Shown here one piece after another: positions 57,985 through 64,000 of a stretch of 64,000 nt of DNA. The DNA comes from Eubacteriales bacterium (GTDB taxonomy: Bacteria; Bacillota; Clostridia; Oscillospirales; CAG-272). Location of the stretch: assembly GCA_045536125.1 (NCBI GenBank), contig JAZSMX010000050.1, positions 1,953 through 65,952 of the forward strand, in the 5' to 3' direction. How positions within the stretch are numbered: position 1 is the first letter of the stretch; each line of letters starts with the position of its first letter. The translations under genes and the position numbers were made by a program. The notes beneath the pieces were generated by a model. That model was not told the origin of the DNA and did not search any database. It worked only from the letters and a program-made list of their open reading frames with translations.

Positions 57985-59463
57985 TCAATTGGTGGAAAGT
58001 GTGGAGGTTTCGATTACAGTAGCGAGAATTTTTCGCTCGTCAAACGGGATTTTTTCGTTGCCGATCAATTGATAGGTTTCATGCCCTTTGCCTGCTAAAA
58101 GAAGAATATCGCCTTTTTTGGAAAGCTTGATTGCATGAAGAATGGCATCGTGTCGATCGGTAATTTTGCAATAGCTTGCTTGACGATCGAAGGCGGTAGC
58201 AATTTCATCGATGATCTTTTCGGGCGATTCCTTGCCGGGATTGTCCGAGGTAAGGATCGAAAAATCGGCAAGAGAAGCTGCGATGGAGCCAAGTGAAGTC
58301 CGTCTCATTTGAGAACGTTCTCCGACCGATCCGAACAAACAGATCAAACGATTGGGGTGATAGGCACGCAAGGCGGTGAGAATACTGCGAAGGCTTTCTT
58401 CGTTGTGCGCATAATCGATCACTGCCATCGCCCCCGTCGGAAGAGGATAGCATTCCGATCTTCCGTCTGCACGAAGCGAAGAGAGAACACGGGTTGCGTC
58501 GGAAAGCGGAATTTCAAATACGTCGTGCGCTACGGCGACCGACAAAAGTGCGTTAAAAGCGTTACACTCTCCGACCAAAGGAAGGATTGTTGGATAAGCA
58601 TTATTTCCGTGCAGAATGGAAAAGGAGATCCCCAAGAGGGTATCCGTTTTGATTGATTGGATATCCTGTACCCGATAATCGGCATCCTTTTTTGTAAGAG
58701 AGCAGAAAGTTTCTTTTTTGGCTGTGGTGTTGCAACGCATGTCCGCATGTGCGGGATCGTCTGCGTTCCAGATTGCATGTTCCGCTCCGAAATCTGTGAA
58801 CAATCGATGCTTGCAGGACTTGTAGTCCTCAAAGCTTGCGTGCTCAGATGGACCGACGTGATCCGGTGAGAGATTGGTGAAGATCACTGTTTTGAATCTG
58901 ACACCGTCGGCACGAGCTTGCATCAACGCTTGAGAGGAAACCTCAAGCACCGCGACGTGTGTACCTTGCGAATGCATATCCGCAAGTGTTTTTTGAAGAG
59001 TGAGGGCATCGGGGGTAGTGTTTTGCGTTTGAAGGCGCACGTTTTTGTAAAAAATCCCATTGGTGCCGATATATCCACAGGAAATTCCACATTCTTCTAA
59101 AATTCCGCGAATGAGGTGCGCGGTTGTGGTTTTGCCCTTGGTCCCCGTGATTCCGATAACGTGCATTTTTTCGGAGGGAAATCCGTAAAAGGTCGCGGCA
59201 AGGGTGGAAAGTGTCCGTCTTGTATCTTTGACGAAAATCACAAAGGCATCCGCAGGGAGGGAGAGCGACTCTTGCGCCACAAAAAAACGGCATCCATTCT
59301 TGTACGCGAGATGAGCGAGCGCATGACCGTCAAAACGAGTGCCGCGAATACACACAAACAATGAATTTGGATCAGCGCGTCGTGTATCCTCTGTAATGTT
59401 AGAGATTTCAAAAATGGGAAGCGGTTGGGAGGTGACGGAAGAAAGAAGCTTTTGAATCAGCAT
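57985..59463 (-). CDS. murE: UDP-MurNAc-L-Ala-D-Glu:diamino-acid ligase MurE (DNPG variant)
   Basis: GITGTKGKTTT P-loop. C-terminal LTSDNPGKESP (nt 58234-58245) in place of the mDAP-type DNPR. ATG at 59463 after GGGAGG. Confidence 0.85.
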   Translation of the reverse strand: MLIQKLLSSVTSQPLPIFEISNITEDTRRADPNSLFVCIRGTRFDGHALAHLAYKNGCRFFVAQESLSLPADAFVIFVKDTRRTLSTLAATFYGFPSEKMHVIGITGTKGKTTTAHLIRGILEECGISCGYIGTNGIFYKNVRLQTQNTTPDALTLQKTLADMHSQGTHVAVLEVSSQALMQARADGVRFKTVIFTNLSPDHVGPSEHASFEDYKSCKHRLFTDFGAEHAIWNADDPAHADMRCNTTAKKETFCSLTKKDADYRVQDIQSIKTDTLLGISFSILHGNNAYPTILPLVGECNAFNALLSVAVAHDVFEIPLSDATRVLSSLRADGRSECYPLPTGAMAVIDYAHNEESLRSILTALRAYHPNRLICLFGSVGERSQMRRTSLGSIAASLADFSILTSDNPGKESPEKIIDEIATAFDRQASYCKITDRHDAILHAIKLSKKGDILLLAGKGHETYQLIGNEKIPFDERKILATVIETSTLSTN

Positions 59464-59467
59464 CACG

Positions 59468-60199
59468 TTACCTCCCTAAAAAATCGTCGGAAAAACCGAC
59501 GGGCATTTTTTTACAGGCGAGAATGGTGCGGTATGCCAGAACCTCCAGAGAATCCGTGAAGGGAAGCGATTGTGGAAGCTGAGCCTTCAAAAGAGAAAGC
59601 TCTGTACAGCCAAGCACGAGCCTTTCACAACCGTTTTCAAGCATGCGATTGGCGATTTGAAGAAATTCGGAGACGTCGACGGTTTTGTTTTGTTTAATGG
59701 AATCATATATAATGGAGGATATGATCGCTTGATCACGTTCTTCGGGGGTAATGCATTCAATTTCGGAATCCTTGCAGAGGCGGTGATAAGCTCCTGAAAA
59801 AACCGTTCCATCGGTTGCAAGAAGTCCGAAACGGCGAACGCCGAGTGAGGTAAGGTGGTGAATTGTTTCCTTGATGATGTTCAACACGGGAACGTGACAT
59901 TCCTGTGTCAGACCGTCGTAAAAATAATGCGCGGTATTACAGGGGATGACAATCAGATCAACTCCCGCACCTTCAAGACGGTGCGCCTCTTCGATCATCA
60001 CGGGAAGCGGATCGAGAGAAGACTTTCCCAAAATATATGCGGTTCGGTCGGGGGTAGTTGCGCGGCTGGAGATCATCATATCAATGTGATCGGCATCGCG
60101 CTGTGCTTTTGTATGTCGGTTGAGAAGCTCGCAAAAATAAATGGTTGACATCGGACCGAGTCCACCGAGGATTCCTAAAAGTATACGATCGTCAGACAT
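59468..60199 (-). CDS. aspartate/glutamate racemase family protein (aspartate racemase-like)
   Basis: LGILGGLGPMST. The two catalytic Cys contexts are PCNTAHYF and LGCTELSLL. AAGGAGG RBS. Confidence 0.8.
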   Translation of the reverse strand: MSDDRILLGILGGLGPMSTIYFCELLNRHTKAQRDADHIDMMISSRATTPDRTAYILGKSSLDPLPVMIEEAHRLEGAGVDLIVIPCNTAHYFYDGLTQECHVPVLNIIKETIHHLTSLGVRRFGLLATDGTVFSGAYHRLCKDSEIECITPEERDQAIISSIIYDSIKQNKTVDVSEFLQIANRMLENGCERLVLGCTELSLLKAQLPQSLPFTDSLEVLAYRTILACKKMPVGFSDDFLGR

Positions 60200-60614
60200 G
60201 TCTATCCTCCTTTATGCGTGGCTTCCGGGGCATTTCCGAAAACCAGACACGGTACATTTCTTCACGGGATGCGATTACGTATTTTCCCTCCAGCTCTTCA
60301 TGCTTCTCCCAAATCAGATTTGCGTATTCCTCCGTGCAGGGAATGAGGTAAAGAATGACGTCGGCATTTCCCAGCTGATTGGCAAAATCCGACAGCGCAT
60401 CGATCATCAGTCTTTCGCCGTTCGTATGACTGATGATATGAAATTTCATACAAAGAGAGAGCCGCATGGGAAGGGGGATTTTTTCACAAAAGACGTGAGA
60501 AACGACACCGTATTCACGGTACATGCGATGTGCGGTTTCGTTGACCTCGGTGGAAACTCCGAGAAGCACAGGGATGATTTCACCGGCAAGTGTATCCTTT
60601 ACGATATAATCCAT
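60192..60614 (-). CDS. 140-aa protein resembling only the N-terminal pre-ATP-grasp subdomain of carboxylate-amine ligases
   Basis: IIPVLLGVSTEVNETAHRMYREYGVVSHVF...ILYLIPCTEEYANLI pattern. Strong AAAGGAG RBS. 8-nt overlap with the racemase start. No ATP-grasp core. Confidence 0.45.
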   Translation of the reverse strand: MDYIVKDTLAGEIIPVLLGVSTEVNETAHRMYREYGVVSHVFCEKIPLPMRLSLCMKFHIISHTNGERLMIDALSDFANQLGNADVILYLIPCTEEYANLIWEKHEELEGKYVIASREEMYRVWFSEMPRKPRIKEDRHV

Positions 60615-60643
60615 GATGACTCCTTTCTTTGATTTTTATTCGC

Positions 60644-61381
60644 TTACGGTTCTTTTGAAAGGAGGGCGCGAAGCTCCTTTTCAGCATGAAGCACATCTTC
60701 CTTGGTTGCTTCTCTGATGTCGGAAAAACGGAAGGGGATTCCCATTTTTTCATATTTGACAGAACATATCTTTTTGAAAGGAAGAAGCTCAAAGTGATCG
60801 ACGCATTTGTTCTCACGAATCAAGTCGGAAAGAAATTCAAGATCCTTCCTTGTATCGTTCAATCCGGGAATGATCACTTGTCGAAGTGTGGTTGGAATTT
60901 TGGATTGATTTAAGTAATGAAGAAAGGAAAGCGGCGTGTTGATGGGGCAACCCACGTAATTTCGGTAGTCTTCATCCGTGGAATATTTGACGTCGAGCAA
61001 TACTCTGTCGGTGTAAGAAAGCAGCTCCTTGACCGCATCATTCAAAATACAACCGGAGGTATCAAGGCAAGTATGCAAATGTCGGGACCTACATTCCTTA
61101 AAAAGCTCCGTGGCAAAGCACGGTTGCATCAGCGGTTCTCCTCCGGAGAGCGTGATACCTCCGTTTTGACCGAAATATTCACGGTAGCGCAACGCGCGAG
61201 AGGTCAATTCCTTTGCGGAGATTTCAATCCCGCCTCGGCAATCCCAGGTGTCGGGGTTGTGGCAGCATCCGCAACGCAAGGGACAGCCTTGCGCGAATAT
61301 GACAAACCGAACGCCCGGACCGTCAAGGGTTCCGAGCGTTTGGATGGAATGAACATGCCCCATAATCGGGGTTTCTTTCAT
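60644..61381 (-). CDS. pflA: pyruvate formate-lyase activating enzyme (radical SAM)
   Basis: GTLDGPGVRFVIFAQGCPLRCGCCHNPDTW (CxxxCxxC). Confidence 0.9.
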   Translation of the reverse strand: MKETPIMGHVHSIQTLGTLDGPGVRFVIFAQGCPLRCGCCHNPDTWDCRGGIEISAKELTSRALRYREYFGQNGGITLSGGEPLMQPCFATELFKECRSRHLHTCLDTSGCILNDAVKELLSYTDRVLLDVKYSTDEDYRNYVGCPINTPLSFLHYLNQSKIPTTLRQVIIPGLNDTRKDLEFLSDLIRENKCVDHFELLPFKKICSVKYEKMGIPFRFSDIREATKEDVLHAEKELRALLSKEP

Positions 61382-61382
61382 A

Positions 61383-63611
61383 TCAGAGCACCTCGTGGAA
61401 GGTACGGCTGATCACTTCTCTTTGCTGTTCCTTGGAAAGCTTGTGGAAGTTCACAGCATAGCCTGACACACGAATGGTGAGGTTCGGGAACGCCTCGGGA
61501 TCTTCATAAGCCTTCTGTAGGGTTTCGCGGTTGAGAACGTTGATGTTGATATGGTGAGCACGCTTTGAGAAGTAGCCGTCAAGAATGGAAACAAGGTTGT
61601 CCACACGCTCCTTATCGGTTCTTCCAAGTGCATCGGGCGTGATGGAGAAGGTGTTGGAGATTCCGTCACGGCAATCCTCATATCTCAATTTTGCTACGGA
61701 GTTGAGAGATGCCAGTGCGCCGTTTTCTTCACGGTTGTGCATGGGATTCGCTCCGGGGGCGAATGCCTCTCCCGCACCTCTACCGTCGGGAGTGGCACCC
61801 GTATGCTTTCCGTACATGACGTTGGAGGTGATGGTGAGGACGGAAAGCGTGTGAATGGCATCACGGTAGGTGGGTGTTTTTCTCAGCTCATTGATGGTCT
61901 TGTGCGTCAGTTCACGTGCGATCAGATCCACCCGGTCGTCGTCATTGCCGTATTTCGGGAAGGTTCCCACCGTGATAAAATCGGTGATAAAACCGTTTTC
62001 ATCCTTGACAGGACGCACCTTTGCATATTTGATGGCGCTGAAGGAATCCGCAACCACGGAGAGTCCCGCAATACCGAATGCCATAAAACGGCTGACTGCG
62101 GTATCATGAAGAGCCATTTGGATTTTTTCATATGCGTACTTGTCATGCATGTAATGAATGACGTTCATGGTGTTGACGTAAAGTCTTGCCAACCATTTGA
62201 GATAGATATCAAAACGCTCCATTACCGCGTCAAAGTCGAGAATGTCTCCTTCAAGGGGAGGCATCTGAGGACCGATCTTTGTGCTGCTTGTCGTATCGTA
62301 GCCACCGTTGATCGCGATGAGAAGAAGCTTGGCGAGGTTGCAACGCGCGCCGAAGAATTGCATCTGCTTTCCGATCTTCATTGCGGAAACACAGCACGCG
62401 ATTGCGTAATCGTCACCGTAGCAGGGACGCATGACATCGTCGTTTTCATATTGGATGGAATCGGTATCCACGGATACCTTGGCACAAAATTGCTTAAAGC
62501 CTGCGGGAAGAGAATTTGCCCAAAGAACCGTAAGGTTCGGTTCGGGAGAAGATCCCAGCGTATAGAGTGTATTGAGAATTCGGAAGGAGCTCTTGGTAAC
62601 AAGCGTCCGACCGTCCTCGCCCATACCGCCGACACTTTCGGTGATCCACATGGGATCTCCTCCGAAGAGCTCGTTATATTCGGGAGTACGGAGGTGACGT
62701 GCCATGCGAAGCTTGATCACAAAGTCGTCAATCAGCTCCTGAGCATCCGTTTCTGTCAGAATTCCACGCTCCATATCTCTTTCAATATAGATGTCAAAGA
62801 AGGTGCTGACGCGTCCCAAGGACATTGCGGCACCGTTTTGTTCCTTGATTGCGGCAAGATAGGCAAAGTAGGTCCACTGGATCGCCTCACGTGCGTTGGC
62901 GGCGGGCTCACTGATGTCGTAGCCGTACATAAACGCCATTTCCTTAAGATAACCAAGGAAGCGGATCTGCTGGTGAAGCTCCTCGGTAAGACGGATGTCG
63001 TCCGTATTGAAGTTATTATCGGAAAGCGCGGCTTTGTCCTTTTGCTTTTCCTCAATCAGACGGTCAACTCCGTAAAGAGCGACACGGCGGTAATCACCGA
63101 TGATGCGCCCTCGGCCGTAGGCATCGGGAAGTCCCGTGATGACGTGCGTTTTACGAGCCAATCTCATTTCATCCGTATAAGCGCGGAATACACCGTCGTT
63201 GTGCGTGGTACGGAAGCGGAATTCCTGCTCGATTTTGTCACTCAGATGATAGCCGTATGCCGCGCAGGCATTGCGTACCATGCGGATACCGCCAAAGGGA
63301 TTGACACCTCTTTTCAATGGGGCATCCGTTTGAAGACCGACGATCAAATCCTTGTCTCGGTCGATGTATCCGGGTGCATAGCTTGTCAGCGAGGAAACCG
63401 TTTCGGTATCCACGTCGAGAACTCCTCCGTTTTGTCGTTCTTTCTTGAACAATTCCTCCACGGTGTTCATGATGGCGCGAGTGCGCTCGGTTGCTTTTGA
63501 AAGGAAGGATGCGTCTTCTGTATAGGGCTTGTAATTTGTCTGGATAAAGTCTCTGACATTGATCTCTTTTTCCCAGCTTCCGTTCTTAAATCCTGTCCAA
63601 TTTTCGTGCAT
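61383..63611 (-). CDS. pflB: formate C-acetyltransferase (pyruvate formate-lyase)
   Basis: 742 aa with glycyl-radical motif [11 protein letters not shown] and active-site AIACCVSAM. Confidence 0.95.
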   Translation of the reverse strand: MHENWTGFKNGSWEKEINVRDFIQTNYKPYTEDASFLSKATERTRAIMNTVEELFKKERQNGGVLDVDTETVSSLTSYAPGYIDRDKDLIVGLQTDAPLKRGVNPFGGIRMVRNACAAYGYHLSDKIEQEFRFRTTHNDGVFRAYTDEMRLARKTHVITGLPDAYGRGRIIGDYRRVALYGVDRLIEEKQKDKAALSDNNFNTDDIRLTEELHQQIRFLGYLKEMAFMYGYDISEPAANAREAIQWTYFAYLAAIKEQNGAAMSLGRVSTFFDIYIERDMERGILTETDAQELIDDFVIKLRMARHLRTPEYNELFGGDPMWITESVGGMGEDGRTLVTKSSFRILNTLYTLGSSPEPNLTVLWANSLPAGFKQFCAKVSVDTDSIQYENDDVMRPCYGDDYAIACCVSAMKIGKQMQFFGARCNLAKLLLIAINGGYDTTSSTKIGPQMPPLEGDILDFDAVMERFDIYLKWLARLYVNTMNVIHYMHDKYAYEKIQMALHDTAVSRFMAFGIAGLSVVADSFSAIKYAKVRPVKDENGFITDFITVGTFPKYGNDDDRVDLIARELTHKTINELRKTPTYRDAIHTLSVLTITSNVMYGKHTGATPDGRGAGEAFAPGANPMHNREENGALASLNSVAKLRYEDCRDGISNTFSITPDALGRTDKERVDNLVSILDGYFSKRAHHININVLNRETLQKAYEDPEAFPNLTIRVSGYAVNFHKLSKEQQREVISRTFHEVL

Positions 63612-63669
63612 ATATAAATCCTCCTTGTCGATGGAATGAAAAATGACAAAAAATGCTTGAGATACTACA

Positions 63670-63698
63670 ATTATACACTATACTCGCTTTCATGTCAA
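63670..63698 (-). promoter_or_regulatory. perfect consensus promoter of pflBA
   Basis: Minus strand TTGACA (63693-63698), 17 nt, TATAAT (63670-63675). The leader is about 55 nt. Confidence 0.55.
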
Positions 63699-63818
63699 GA
63701 TATTGTGGTTGTAAAGAAAAAAATTTATAATATATTTTTCGTTTTTTCTGTTTTCCTATTGCTTTTTTATGGATTTTGGACTATAATGATTGCGAAGAAT
63801 CAATAAAGAGGGGACAGA

Positions 63819-64000
63819 ATGAAAAAGGAAAAGATCTACAGAGTTTTTTCACACCTTCCCGAACTGGCGACACCTCGCCTGACTCTCAGAAGAATGATGA
63901 TTGCGGACACCTCGGATATGTACGAGTATGCTTCCCGTCCCGATGTTACGAAATTCTTGACTTGGAATCCACATCCCGATCGGAATTATACACGCGAATA
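63819..64000 (+). CDS. GNAT family N-acetyltransferase (RimJ/RimL-like), N-terminal part, runs off window
   Basis: ATG at 63819 after AAAGAGGGG. MKKEKIYRVFSHLPELATPRLTLRRMMIADTSDMYEYASRPDVTKFLTWNPH. Confidence 0.7.
   Translation, partial: MKKEKIYRVFSHLPELATPRLTLRRMMIADTSDMYEYASRPDVTKFLTWNPHPDRNYTRE

Noticed and set aside
61737-63500. 587-aa ORF on the plus strand
   Set aside because: It is antisense to pflB, whose identity is unambiguous (glycyl-radical motif). It is a typical stop-poor antisense frame of a highly expressed gene.
63612-63698. Looked for a ZTP (pfl-motif) riboswitch upstream of pflB
   Set aside because: The leader between the consensus promoter and the RBS is only ~55 nt and lacks the conserved pfl-motif cores.
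1-64000. Scanned intergenic regions for tRNA, rRNA, tmRNA, CRISPR arrays, transposases, integrases, phage or known defence genes
   Set aside because: None was recognised. All gaps longer than 80 nt are accounted for by promoters, terminators or the leaders listed above. Absence is judged by eye only and should be confirmed with tRNAscan-SE, Infernal and defence-system HMMs.

Overview
This window reads as a chromosomal segment of a spore-forming Firmicute with Clostridia-like gene content: ctsR-mcsA-mcsB-clpC, dpaAB, spoVT, a spoVB-like flippase, a SpoIVFB-like M50 protease and Prp-processed L27. It holds about 50 tightly packed protein genes. I saw no rRNA, tRNA, CRISPR array, transposase, integrase or phage genes.

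The housekeeping blocks are dxs, truB, trmB, comEC, potABCD, coaW, rqcH, trxB, trkAH, rplU-prp-rpmA, dinB, murE and pflBA. Three accessory-looking regions interrupt them:

(i) 24.7-36.9 kb. A lipoprotein PepF-like peptidase, a sugar-type ABC importer, lipoproteins, a secreted LamG-SGNH esterase and a cytoplasmic DUF1343/NamZ. This may be a muropeptide or acetylated-glycan scavenging locus.

(ii) 37.9-42.6 kb. A dual-HTH LuxR-type regulator behind a perfect consensus promoter with tandem palindromic operators, a cytoplasmic Cys/His-rich 114-aa protein, and a 952-aa YDG/MBG-repeat surface protein.

(iii) 46.5-55.9 kb. Two AraC regulators bracket a 1952-aa secreted protein built from six diverged LamG-like modules fused to an intact ComEC-type metallo-beta-lactamase domain. 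The region also carries an unannotated 38-codon acidic ORF and a GH109-like oxidoreductase.

Other points worth a look:
- C-terminal TM-plus-basic-tail anchors recur on two lipobox substrate-binding proteins and on the adhesin.
- A murE with DNPG in place of DNPR sits next to an aspartate racemase and a 140-aa stand-alone pre-ATP-grasp-like fragment.
- There are structured leaders upstream of potABCD and of an alpha/beta hydrolase.
- An orphan consensus promoter plus terminator could make a ~50-nt RNA.

I could not recognise any known defence, secretion, RiPP or mobile system. The best novelty candidates are (iii) and (ii). Their functional readings are inference from motifs read by eye, with no database search.
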